This document shows positions 36,001 through 48,760 of a stretch of 64,000 nt of DNA, in pieces. The stretch lies in the NCBI GenBank assembly GCA_964016885.1, contig OZ024741.1:57970001-58034000 (forward strand). Reading direction: 5' to 3'. A model generated the notes under the pieces. That model did no database searches. It saw only the letters and a list, made by a program, of their open reading frames with translations, and was not told where the DNA came from. How positions within the stretch are numbered: the first letter of the stretch is position 1; every line of letters starts with the position of its first letter. The position numbers and the translations under genes are program-made. The DNA comes from Eledone cirrhosa. Lineage: Eukaryota.

Positions 36001-39000
36001 TTAAACTATATCTACACCACACCACCACAGTTAAACTATATCTACACCACAACACCACAGTTAAACTATATCTACACCACACCACCACAGTTAAACTAAA
36101 TCAACACGACCACAACACCACAGTTAAACTATATCTACACCACCACACCACCACAGTTAAACTATATCTACACCACCACACCACCACAGTTAAACTATAT
36201 CTACACCACCACACCACCACAGTTAAACTATGTCTACACCACCACACCACCACATTTAAACTATATCTACACCACCACACCACCACAGTTAAACTATATC
36301 TACACCACCACAACACCACAGTTAAACTATATCTACACCACAACACCACAGTGAAACTATATCTACACCACCACAACACCACAGTTAAACTATATCTACA
36401 CCACAACACCACAGTTAAACTATATCTACACCACAACACCCCAGTTAAACTATATCTACACCACCACAACACTACAGTTAAACTATATCTACACCACACC
36501 ACTACAGTTAAACTATATCTACACCACAACACCACAGTTAACCTATATCTACACCACACCACCACAGTTAAACTATAACTACACCACAACAACACAGTTA
36601 AACTATAACTACACCACACCACAACACCACAGTTAAACTGTATCTACACCACAACAACACCACAGTTAAACTATATCTACACCACCACAACACTACAGTT
36701 AAACTATATCTACACCACAACACCACAGTTAAACTATATCTACACCACACCACCACAGTTAAACTATATCTACACCACAACACCACAGTTAAACTATATC
36801 TACACCACACCACCACAGTTAAACTATAACTACACCACACCACCACAGTTAAACTATATCTACACCACAACACCACAGTTAAACTATATCTACACCACAC
36901 CACCACCACAGTTAAACTATAACTACACCACAACACCACAGTTAAACTATATCTACACCACACCACCACAACAGTTAAACTATAACTACACCACACCACC
37001 ACAGTTAAGCTATATCTACACCACAACACCACTGTTAAACTATATCTACACCACCACAACACCGCAGTTAAACTATATCTACACCACAACACCACAGTTA
37101 AACTATATCTACACCACAACACCACAGTTAAATTATATCTACACCACCCCACCACAGTTAAACTATATCTACACCACACCACCACAGTTAAACTATATCT
37201 ACACCACCACACCACCACAGTTAAACTATATCTACACCACACCACCACAGTTAAACTATATCTACACCACCACACCACCACAGTTAAACTATATCTACAC
37301 CACCACACCACCACAGTTAAACTATAGCTACACCATACCACCACAGTTAAACTATATCTACACCACACCACCACAGTTAAACTATATCTACACCACCACA
37401 CCACCACAGTTAAACTATATCTACACCACAACACCACAGTTAAACTATATCTACACCACCACACCACCACAGTTAAACTATATCTTCACCACAACACCAC
37501 AGTTAAACTATATCTACACCACACCACCACAGTTAAACTATAACTACACCACACCACCACAGTTAAACTATATCTACACCACAACACCACAGTTAAACTA
37601 TATCTACACCACACCACCACCACAGTTAATCTATAACTACACCACAACACCACAGTTAAACTATATCTACACCACAACACCACAGTTAAACTATATCTAC
37701 ACCACACCACCACCACAGTTAAACTATAACTACACCACACCACCACAGTTAAACTATATCTACACCACAACACCACCACAGTTAAACTATAACTACACCA
37801 CACCACCACAGTTAAGCTATATCTTCACCACAACACCACAGTTAAACTATATCTACACCACACCACCACAGTTAAACTATATCTACACCACAACACCACA
37901 GTTAAACTATATCTACACCACAACACCACAGTTAAACTATATCTACACCACACCACCACAGTTAAACTATAACTACACCACACCACCACAGTTAAACTAT
38001 ATCTACACCACAACACCACAGTTAAACTATATCAACACTACACCACCACAGTTAAACTATAACTACACCACACCACCACAGTTAAACTATATCTACACCA
38101 CACCACAACACCACAGTTAAACTATATCTACACCACAACACCACAGTTAAACTATATCTACACCACAACACCACAGTTAAACTATATCTACACCACACCA
38201 CCACAGTTAAACTATATCTACACCACCACACCACCACAGTTAAACTATATCTACACCACCACAACACCACAGTTAAACTATATCTACACCACACCACCAC
38301 AGTTAAACTATATCTACACCACACCACCACAGTTAAACTATATCTACATCACAACACCACAGTTAAACTATATCTTCACCACAACACCACAGTTAAACTA
38401 TATCTACACCACAACACCACAGTTAAACTATATCTACACCACACCACCACAACAGTTAAACTATAACTACACCACACCACCACAGTTAAGCTATATCTAC
38501 ACCACAACACCACTGTTAAACTATATCTACACCACCACAACACCACCGTTAAACTATATCTACACCACAACACCACAGTTAAATTATATCTACACCACCC
38601 CACCACAGTTAAACTATATCTACACCACACCACCACAGTTAAACTATATCTACACCACCACACCACCACAGTTAAACTATATCTACACCACACCACCACA
38701 GTTAAACTATATCTACACCACCACACCACCACAGTTAAACTATTTCTACACCACCACACCACCACAGTTAAACTATATCTACACCACCACACCACCACAG
38801 TTAAACTATATCTACACCATACCACCACAGTTAAACTATATCTACAGCACACCACCACAGTTAAACTATATCTACACCACCACACCACCACAGTTAAACT
38901 ATATCTACACCACAACACCACAGTTAAACTATAATTACACCACCACACCACAGTTAAACTATATCTACACCACAACACCACAGTTAAACTATATCTACAC

Positions 39001-42000
39001 CACAACACCACCACAGTTAAACTATATCTACACCACACCACCACAGTTCAACTATATCTACACCACCACAACACCACAGTTAAACTATATCTACACCACC
39101 ACACCACCACAGTTAAACTATATCTACACCACACCACCACAGTTAAACTATATCTTCACCACAACACCACAGTTAAACTATATCTACACCACAACACCAC
39201 AGTTAAACTATATCTACACCACACCACCACAGTTAAACTATATCTACACCACCACACCACCACAGTTAAACTATATCTACACCACCACAACACCACAGTT
39301 AAACTATATCTACACCACACCACCACAGTTAAACTATATCTACACCACACCACCACAGTTAAACTATATCTACATCACAACACCACAGTTAAACTATATC
39401 TTCACCACAACACCACAGTTAAACTATATCTACACCACAACACCACAGTTAAACTATATCTACACCACACCACCACAACAGTTAAACTATAACTACACCA
39501 CACCACCACAGTTAAGCTATATCTACACCACAACACCACTGTTAAACTATATCTACACCACCACAACACCACCGTTAAACTATATCTACACCACAACACC
39601 ACAGTTAAATTATATCTACACCACCCCACCACAGTTAAACTATATCTACACCACACCACCACAGTTAAACTATATCTACACCACCACACCACCACAGTTA
39701 AACTATATCTACACCACACCACCACAGTTAAACTATATCTACACCACCACACCACCACAGTTAAACTATTTCTACACCACCACACCACCACAGTTAAACT
39801 ATATCTACACCACCACACCACCACAGTTAAACTATATCTACACCATACCACCACAGTTAAACTATATCTACAGCACACCACCACAGTTAAACTATATCTA
39901 CACCACCACACCACCACAGTTAAACTATATCTACACCACAACACCACAGTTAAACTATAATTACACCACCACACCACAGTTAAACTATATCTACACCACA
40001 ACACCACAGTTAAACTATATCTACACCACAACACCACCACAGTTAAACTATATCTACACCACACCACCACAGTTCAACTATATCTACACCACCACAACAC
40101 CACAGTTAAACTATATCTACACCACCACACCACCACAGTTAAACTATATCTACACCACACCACCACAGTTAAACTATATCTTCACCACAACACCACAGTT
40201 AAACTATATCTACACCACAACACCACAGTTAAACTATATCTACACCACCACACCACCACAGTTAAACTATATCTACACCATACCACCACAGTTAAACTAT
40301 ATCTACACCACACCACCACAGTTAAACTATATCTACACCACCACACCACCACAGTTAAACTATATCTTCACCACAACACCACAGTTAAACTATATCTACA
40401 CCACAACACCACAGTTAAACTATAATTACACCACACCACCACAGTTAAACTATATCTACACCACAACACCACAGTTAAACTATATCTACACCACACCACC
40501 ACCACAGTTAATCTATAATTACACCACAACACCACAGTTAAGCTATATCTTCACCACAACACCACAGTTAAACTATATCTACACCACACCACCACAGTTA
40601 AACTATATCTACACCACAACACCACAGTTAAACTATATCTACACCACAACACCACAGTTAAACTATATCTACACAAAACCACCACAGTTAAACTATAACT
40701 ACACCACACCACCACAGTTAAACTATATCTACACCACAACACCACAGTTAAACTATATCTACACCACAACACCACAGTTAAACTATATCTACACCACACC
40801 ACCACAGTTAAACTATAACTACACCACATCACCACAGTTAAACTATATCTACACCACCACACCACCACAGTTAAACTATATCTACACCACCACAACACCA
40901 CAGTTAAACTATATCTACACCACACCACCACAGTTAAACTATATCTACACCACACCACCACAGTTAAACTATAACTACACCACACCACAGCAGTTAAACT
41001 ATATCTTCACCACAACACCACAGTTAAACTATATCTTCACCACAACACCACAGTTAAACTATATCTACACCACAACACCACAGTTAAACTATATCTACAC
41101 CACACCACCACAACAGTTAAACTATAACTACACCACACCACCACAGTTAAGCTATATCTACACCACAACACCACTGTTAAACTATATCTACACCACCACA
41201 ACACCACCGTTAAACTATATCTACACCACAACACCACAGTTAAACTATATCTACACCACAACACCACAGTTAAATTATATCTACACCACCCCACCACAGT
41301 TAAACTATATCTACACCACACCACCACAGTTAAACTATATCTACACCACCACACCACCACAGTTAAACTATATCTACACCACACCACCACAGTTAAACTA
41401 TATCTACACCACCACACCACCACAGTTAAACTATTTCTACACCACCGCACCACCACAGTTAAACTATATCTACACCACCACACCACCACAGTTAAACTAT
41501 ATCTACACCATACCACCACAGTTAAACTATATCTACACCACCACACCTCAGTTAAACTATATCTACACCACAACACCACAGTTAAACTATATCTACACCA
41601 CAACACCACAGTTAAACTATAATTACACCACACTACCACAGTTAAACTATAATTACACCACCACACCACCACAGTTAAACTATATCTTCACCACAACACC
41701 ACAGTTAAACTATATCTACACCACAACACCACAGTTAAACTATATCTACACCACCACACCACCACAGTTAAACTATATCTTCACCACAACACCACAGTTA
41801 AACTATATCTACACCACAACACCACAGTTAAACTATATCTACACCACAACACCACAGTTAAACTATAATTACACCACACCACCACAGTTAAACTATATCT
41901 ACACCACAACACCACAGTTAAACTATATCTACACCACACCACCACCACAGTTAATCTATAATTACACCACAACACCACAGTTAAACTATATCTACACCAC

Positions 42001-43130
42001 AACACCACAGTTAAGCTATATCTTCACCACAACACCACAGTTAAACTATATCTACACCACAACCCCACTTAAACTATATCTACACCACAACACCACAGTT
42101 AAACTATATCTACACAAAACCACCACAGTTAAACTATAACTACACCACACCACCACAGTTAAACTATATCTACACCACAACACCACAGTTAAACTATATC
42201 TACACCACAACACCACAGTTAAACTATATCTACACCACACCACCACAGTTAAACTATAACTACACCACAACACCACAGTTAAACTATATCTACACCACCA
42301 CACCACAACAGTTAAACTATATCTACACTACACCACCACAGTTAAACTATATCTACACCACAACACCACAGTTAAACTATAACTACACCACAACACCACA
42401 GTTAAACTATATCTACACCACCACACCACCACAGTTAAACTATATCTACACTACACCACCACAGTTAAACTATATCTACACCACCACACCACCACAGTTA
42501 AACTATGGTGTTGTGGTGTAGATATAGTTTAACTGTGGTGGTGTGGTGGTGTAGATATAGTTTAACTGTGGTGGTGTAGTGTAGATATAGTTTAACTGTA
42601 GTGTTGTGGTGTAGATATAGTTTAACTGTGGTGGTGTAGTGTAGATATAGTTTAACTGTGGTGGTGTGGTGGTGTAGATATAGTTTAACTGTGGTGTTGT
42701 GGTGTAGTTATAGTTTAACTGTGGTGTTGTGGTGTAGATATAGTTTAACTGTAGTGGTGTGGTGTAGATATAGTTTAACTGTGGTGTTGTGGTGTAGATA
42801 TAGTTTAACTGTGGTGTTGTGGTGTAGATATAGTTCAACTGTGGTGGTGTGGTGGTGTAGATATAGTTTAACTGTGGTGTTGTGGTGGTGTAGATATAGT
42901 TTAACTGTGGTGTTGTGGTGTAGTTATAGTTTAACTGTGGTGGTGTGGTGGTGTAGATATAGTTTAACTGTGGTGGTGTGATGTAGATATAGTTTAACTG
43001 TGGTGTTGTGGTGTAGATATAGTTTAACTATATCTACACCACCACAACACCACAGTTAAACTATATCTACACCACCACAACACCACAGTTAAACTATATC
43101 TACACCACACCACCACAGTTAAACTATATC
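1..43130. repeat. Tandem minisatellite/satellite array, ~30-bp unit (variants mainly 24, 30, 33 and 35 bp), continuing off the left edge of the window
   Basis: A near-invariant core CAGTTAAACTATATCTACA recurs throughout, followed by a variable CCA/CAA/CA segment. The array ends abruptly at ...aaactatatc|gctaaacatt (43130). Confidence 0.99.
42505..43025 (-). repeat. Inverted block (~17 units) of the minisatellite
   Basis: The sequence switches to the reverse-complement unit (GTGTAGATATAGTTTAACTGTGGTG) after ...cagttaaactat (~42505) and returns to forward orientation at ...gatatagtttaactatatctacacc (centre 43025). Confidence 0.97.
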
Positions 43131-43454
43131 GCTAAACATTTAGCATGACAAACACCAACCATATTTTATAATGAACTTGATAACCACTCAACATTTCTGT
43201 GGACTTCATTTACCAATTTAATTCATAAATCAACAAGGAAAATTCATTTGAAACAGTGCTTGGATATGCTAATTACTGGACATGAAATAGAAGACTAATC
43301 ACAGAGTACTACCATCAATAATCAGAAAAAACTTTTACAAGAAGCTGAACATATTCGAGAAACAGTTTTTATACAATACATAATAGTAATGATGATAATA
43401 TTAAAGTATGAAACGATACTTTCAACTTGCAAACAGTATAATGCTAGTACAGCA

Positions 43455-43592
43455 AATTGACAAAGTTTGTTAGAATGTCTGATAGAATGATTTGTGGTAT
43501 TCATTCCAGCTTACTGCACTCTGAGTTCAACTTTGCCTTTCATCTTCATCCTTTAATGGTCAATAAACTACCAGTTTAAGACTAGGGTCGAC
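43455..43592 (+). mobile_element. Degenerate fragment of a tRNA-derived SINE, same family as 47803-47986
   Basis: CTGAGTTCAA-CTTTGCCTTTCATC...GGTCAATAAA-TACCAGT resembles the two better-preserved copies at 46528 and 47803. Boundaries are approximate. Confidence 0.45.
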
Positions 43593-43593
43593 C

Positions 43594-43617
43594 CTTCCCC
43601 TCTCGCTCTCTCTCTCT

Positions 43618-43667
<50 letters not shown>

Positions 43668-43687
43668 TACACACACTAACACACACA
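43594..43687. repeat. (CT)n/(CA)n microsatellite
   Basis: Read directly from the sequence. Confidence 0.9.
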
Positions 43688-43827
43688 ATCTCTCTCTGGA
43701 AGAAATAGGCTGTGTTCAGACCTCGAGAGGAATAGGCTCCACTAAGTTTAAATGCCCAAGGGATGTCATGTGTCCCAACACTTCCCCCACAACTCCACCA
43801 GGTGTTAAGAGTCCCCATGGATGGATA

Positions 43828-44007
<180 letters not shown>

Positions 44008-44913
44008 TTATTTCGAGCTTAATGAATTTATGTCATTTGAAATAGAAACAGAAAGTCATTAATATAATGGTACATCTTTTTCTTTTTTCTAGAGTTGCTG
44101 AATCTAGAGCAATGTGGTAATCATATTTAGTGATATCCAGAATTTGATAATATTTTGTTATCCTTTCTATTTTTTTCTCTTTTCCCTAAATTAGACATAA
44201 CAGAGACATTACCATGTATACTGAAATATCAACTGATCTAAATATAATCTAAACCTCTATTTTATACCTGAGAAATGGGCAAAAATCGAAAATCCGTTTA
44301 TAAACTGAGGTGGGTAATCAACATATTATGTTTAGATGGTGTGGTTTTGAAATTCTCAAGAGTATAAAATATATTTATGAAGATTTAATATTTTGATGTT
44401 TTAAAATGTTTTAAGTGTCGTTTAAAATATAGTTTTTGTTTCACAACTCCATTATGTAATGCATTTTTACCATTTCATTCGTTTTAGTTTCAACAAGTTT
44501 CTCAAACTTTTATTTACTTCTGGCCACTCACATAGTGGGAGTAGTTGAAAGTAAACAATCGAATAAGAGAACCTTGTATAGAAATTCATTGAGTAGAAGT
44601 GGGAGAGAGAGACAGAAGTAAGAGAGAGAGGAGGAATAGAGCAAGAAAAAGAGAGAGAGAGAGAGAGAGCAATAAAATAAAATCAGATTTCTATCTTACG
44701 TTTTTAAGCATTATAGGGGTGCAGATGAAAACATGTTCGTTTTAGTAGACTTGCTATCAAAGAAAATTATTTTTTCGTAACAAAGCAATTTATTTGTCTC
44801 TATTTTCCTCTAATAATATATAACAGAGTTGCCAGACAGTGTTGTTTCAAGATTTGTTAATCTTTCATCAATGACACACATTCAATCCATACTGGCATGG
44901 AAATAGACTAAAG

Positions 44914-46140
44914 TCTATATAAAATTTTGCAGGTTGTTGTTTTAAATGTCCACTTTCCCTGCTAGCAAGAGTTGGACGTATATATATCTGTCTGTGTAAA
45001 TCCCTAAAACTCGAGAAGTACCCAACCGCCGACTTTTTTCAAACTTTACACATACGTTACTTATATTTCTTGAAGTGCAAAGGGCTAAAAAAAATGTTAA
45101 CTTTTTCTGCCCTAGGATCCGCATTAAGCGAAAAACTACATTTTTTAGGCAATTTTAGTCTTTTTTAATGCGTTACTTAAAGATAATCCAACTGATTTCC
45201 TCGAAATTTGCAGCACACATTAGTTAGTCCCCTCACATTGCTGTGGACAAACAAATTTCCGATTCCATTAATGGTTTCTAGGAAATTTACGAATTAGCAT
45301 TGGGCATTACATGCCTTTTTCATTTTCAATATAAACGCTACTTAAACATCGTAAGTAGCGTATAATATTTCGTTAAAAAATTTGATTTATTTAACGGAGG
45401 ACACAACACTTACTTACTTTTAAGCAGGACCATTTTCGGGTGGTTGAGGAAATGAGGAGGACCTTAAAATATTTGTCGGCACCCTGTTGACGCTTCGTAC
45501 TTTCATCACGCACAAATCCAAGCCCTGTGTACGTTGCCGTGTTATTGACACCATAAAACTCACGTCTGTGCTACTTCTACTAAGACCCCTTTTGTTGCAC
45601 CTACACTGCAGTATGAACGTCCTGCGCAAGTACACTGAACAGCGGTTGTGTTAATTCCGCAGTGACCCCTTTTGTCACACCTTTGTTGCTGTGTAAATGC
45701 AGTGCAACCAGTGCCACCCAGTGTTTGTGCTAATTGCACTATGACCCCCTTCTGCTGCAGCTGCGTTACCACACTGATTCCATCATCTCAATATCCCTAC
45801 TTAAACATACATCCCTACTTGGTTTTCACACAATTGACTATATCGCTCCTTCAGACTGAAGTGTGTTCCCCATCAGTGACGTAATTCGTGAACAGACTTA
45901 CGACATACATTGCGCGACAACACTTACTTACTCTTTTTGCGTACAGGATTTCTGCAATCAGCCCACTGACACTGCTACTACTGGATTCTGCCTGCTGGTG
46001 TTCTACATTTCCAGTAGATGAACAATCATTCCCTGAGAATAAGGGAATTCAAAAAGTACACAGCTACATTCTTCAATCTTTGCATATGCATGTTGCTATT
46101 TCATGTTTGCTACCTCGTGCAACGCCAGGTCCTGCTGCTA

Positions 46141-46141
<1 letters not shown>
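44914..46141 (+). mobile_element. Probable non-autonomous Helitron
   Basis: The 3' end has a subterminal hairpin ACCTCGTGCAACGCCAGGT (46112-46130) followed by CTAG (46138-46141) and then T, the canonical Helitron terminus. The candidate 5' end is TCTATATAAAA at 44914, or alternatively ~44980 (TATATATCTGTCTGTG); this boundary is uncertain. Confidence 0.6.
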
Positions 46142-46195
<54 letters not shown>

Positions 46196-46212
46196 AAGAG
46201 AGAGAGAGAGAG
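46142..46212. repeat. (TA)n + (GA)n microsatellite abutting the Helitron 3' end
   Basis: Read directly from the sequence. Confidence 0.9.
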
Positions 46213-46527
46213 AAAGAAACAGGCATACATACAGAAAAACAAGCAGACAGACATATAATATACAATTGTAATGTCTATATATTGAGAGTGTTACTTAGAG
46301 AGCCTGACAATCTTTCACTGCAAATTAAGTATTGTTCTTACACCAATATATTCTATTAAATATATTTACAATTGAAATCATCAGTTTTCACTGTAGAACG
46401 GCAGGGAACCAGCCTAGGAGGCAAAAGATTAATGGATTATTTTCCATTATATCAGCAGCAATATGGTCAAGGCCAATATAATTGAACTCCTGTTGCTTTT
46501 GTACTTCATCATCATCATCATATTCAT

Positions 46528-46693
46528 TAGAGGGTCGGACACCATGCTTTCCAGCATAGTTACGTCCCTTTACGATCTGAGTTCAAATCCCGCCGAGGTT
46601 GACTTTGCCTTTCATCCTTACGGGGTCGATAAAATAAAGTACCAGTAATGCACTGGGTAATTGCTGGCCTTGTGCCTAAAGTAGAAACAATTA
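46528..46693 (+). mobile_element. 5'-truncated tRNA-derived SINE (Meta-domain-like core)
   Basis: It carries a B box (GAGTTCAAATCC) and the core GACTTTGCCTTTCATCCTTACGGGGTCGATAAAATAAAGTACCAG, and is near-identical to the copy at 47803-47986. Confidence 0.75.
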
Positions 46694-46944
46694 TTTTACA
46701 TCTGTTTCTCCATGCTTGCATGTGTTGGTGGGTTGCACAGTCTCCCTTCTTTTATAGTGTTCCTTCATTTCTCTTCTGTGAAGTTCAGCATATTGAGATC
46801 AGTTCTGCCAAGGTTTTCTCAGTCATCTTCTACTGCAGTTCCTGGTACTTCACCCAGCAACAATCATCCATTGTACCATAAATAGGCACAACTGGATAAT
46901 GAAAATAAACACTGTCTTGAAATATATGTATTGGACCTCTATCA

Positions 46945-47477
46945 GTTCCAATGGTGTGTTCCAGTTGTTCGAACAACAGAATAGCTTGCTTGTAAAATTA
47001 ACATGCAAGTGGCTGAGCATTCTACAGAAACATTTACTGTTAATGTAGCTCTCAGGGAGATTCAGTGTAGCACAGTGTGACAAGTTTGAGTCTTTGAATT
47101 ACAGGTACAACTCATTTTTACCAGCTGAGTGGACTGGAGCAACATAAAATAATATAGTGCCTTGTTTAACCCTTTAACATGTACATTACTCTATATTTAC
47201 TATTAAATTTTCACAGTAAAAGATTTATCTTACATAATTATCTCACATAATATCGAATCTATGAGATTTTGATATTATTTATTTTGAGAACAATACCTTA
47301 ACATTAGTATGAGTGGCTAGTTATGGCCGGTTTGAACAGAAAGAGGTGAGAGAATTTTGGCTGGATATGGCTGGTTTAAATGCTAAAGTGTTAAGGATAC
47401 ATGTGACTCCAGGAATCAAACTCATTATCTTACAATCATGAGCTGATCATTCTAACCACAAAGCCAGGTGCCTTCAC
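46945..47477 (-). mobile_element. tRNA-derived SINE (second family) interrupted by a MITE
   Basis: The minus strand has an A-box-like TGGCTTTGTGGTTAG (~47452-47466) and a B-box-like GAGTTTGATTCC (~47412-47423). The body continues across the TTAA insertion (...GTGCCTTGT-TTAA|GGATAC...) into ATGTTGCTCCAGTCCACTCAGCTGG. The 3' boundary is approximate. Confidence 0.6.
47170..47390. mobile_element. MITE with TTAA target-site duplication (piggyBac-like termini)
   Basis: TTAA(47166-69)|CCCTTTAACAT ... ATGCTAAAGTG|TTAA(47391-94), with imperfect TIRs. It splits a SINE exactly at TTAA. Confidence 0.7.
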
Positions 47478-47802
47478 AATAAAAGAATAACCTCAATCTG
47501 AAGGAATCTATTTTCGCCCAATATTCATGATTCATTACTAACTAATTTCTATACCCGTAACAGGATACAATGAAGTAGCTATGAGCATCAATGTTTGATG
47601 TTTCTCATGATCAACTTTGTTTTATTTCCATGACGGTCTGTTATTTTTGTACAGAAAACAACTGCCTCACTTTTTTTCTGCTAATACAAAGAAACATTTA
47701 CAACCAACGGACATTTTCCCAAAAAAGAAGAGACTTCTTCATTAGATTTCTCAAAAATTTATTAAGAACAAAATTTTAAGCATTATATTTAAAACAAAAA
47801 AC

Positions 47803-47986
47803 GGTGGTGGATTGGCAGTATCGGTAGAGAGTCGGACGCCATGCTTTCCAGCATAGTTACGTCCCTTTACAGTCTGAGTTCAAATCCCGCCAAGGTTTAC
47901 TTTGCCTTTCATCCTTACGGAGTCGATAAAATAAAGTACCAGTAATGCACTGGGTAATTGCTGGCCTTGTGCCTAAAGTAGAAACA
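47803..47986 (+). mobile_element. Full-length tRNA-derived SINE with 21-bp target-site duplication
   Basis: A-box-like TGGCAGTATCGG, B box GAGTTCAAATCC and a conserved central domain are present. It is flanked by the identical 21-mer ATTATATTTAAAACAAAAAAC at 47782-47802 and 47987-48007. Confidence 0.85.
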
Positions 47987-48351
47987 ATTATATTTAAAAC
48001 AAAAAACATTCTTTTTATATTTTAGATGCATGAAAGTTGTTTTTAAAAATATTTGTTTCTTTTAAATAATGAAATTAACTTGCAGATTTCTTAGAAGTTT
48101 CATGGTTTCCTCATTGCTGATTTCATTTTAACTCACAAAGAATTATTTTATATTTCATAAAGTTTGAATGTTCTGAACCAATTTATTTAACTTTAGCTCC
48201 TTTATATGTACTATTTGTAGGAGAATATATATTTGAATCAACCAATTTGAATCAATCTCTAATTTCATTAGAGCTGACATTATTGGTTGTCAATGTGGCA
48301 TGCTATTAAGACAGCTCATAATTGTAATGGAAGGAAATGATGCTCAAACCT

Positions 48352-48597
48352 TTAACTCTTTGGTACCAAGCCATTTGAAACTACCCTTTTTTGTTTGTTT
48401 TAAGTTGTTTTAAAGTGTTTATATTTAACATTCATCAACATTTTATGTAAGAACCTTTTTAAAGTTATACTCTAAACACCAACATAATAATGAGAAAGTT
48501 ATATTACTAAACCGCACTATTTTTTTGATATTTTTCAAATCATTTGAAAGCCATGTACAGTGTCTTTAATTGGAAATATAGTAAATGAAAAGGTTAA
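48352..48597. mobile_element. Degenerate TTAA-flanked MITE
   Basis: Termini TTAACTCTTTGGTAC ... GTAAATGAAAAGGTTAA form imperfect TIRs bounded by TTAA. Confidence 0.5.
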
Positions 48598-48735
48598 AGA
48601 CTCCAAACAATCAAAATTTACAAAAGACAAAAACTAAATGCATCAAATAGTTTTACAAGTCCTAGAAAGAGTAGCAGATTAGAAAGTTAGTTATATTACT
48701 AAATCCCACAAAATTCTTGATTATTTTTTTGTAAT

Positions 48736-48760
48736 TTAACCCTTTAGCATTTACATTACT
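48736..48760 (+). mobile_element. Isolated MITE terminus (TTAA-CCCTTTAGCATTTACATTACT), same family as 47170
   Basis: It matches the left end of the 47170 MITE. No matching right end is seen before the gap. Confidence 0.45.

Noticed and set aside
1-43130. Long ORFs such as (WCRYSLTVVV)n, (KLYLHHTTTV)n and mucin-like (QLNYIYTTPP)n
   Set aside because: They arise because the unit is usually a multiple of 3 and lacks stops in some frames. The 35-bp and other off-frame units shift the frame repeatedly, starts are mostly GTG/TTG, and no unique flanking coding sequence is seen.
1-43130. CRISPR-like reading (constant repeat plus variable spacer)
   Set aside because: The spacers are only 5-16 bp permutations of CCA/CAA rather than unique sequences, there are no cas genes, and the context is eukaryotic.
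43688-43825. GC-richer island between microsatellites as a possible exon
   Set aside because: No recognisable protein similarity or clear splice-site pair, so it cannot be supported without RNA data.
44090-44910. Possible additional interspersed repeat with an internal (GA)n tract
   Set aside because: No termini, TSD or second copy in the window to define it.
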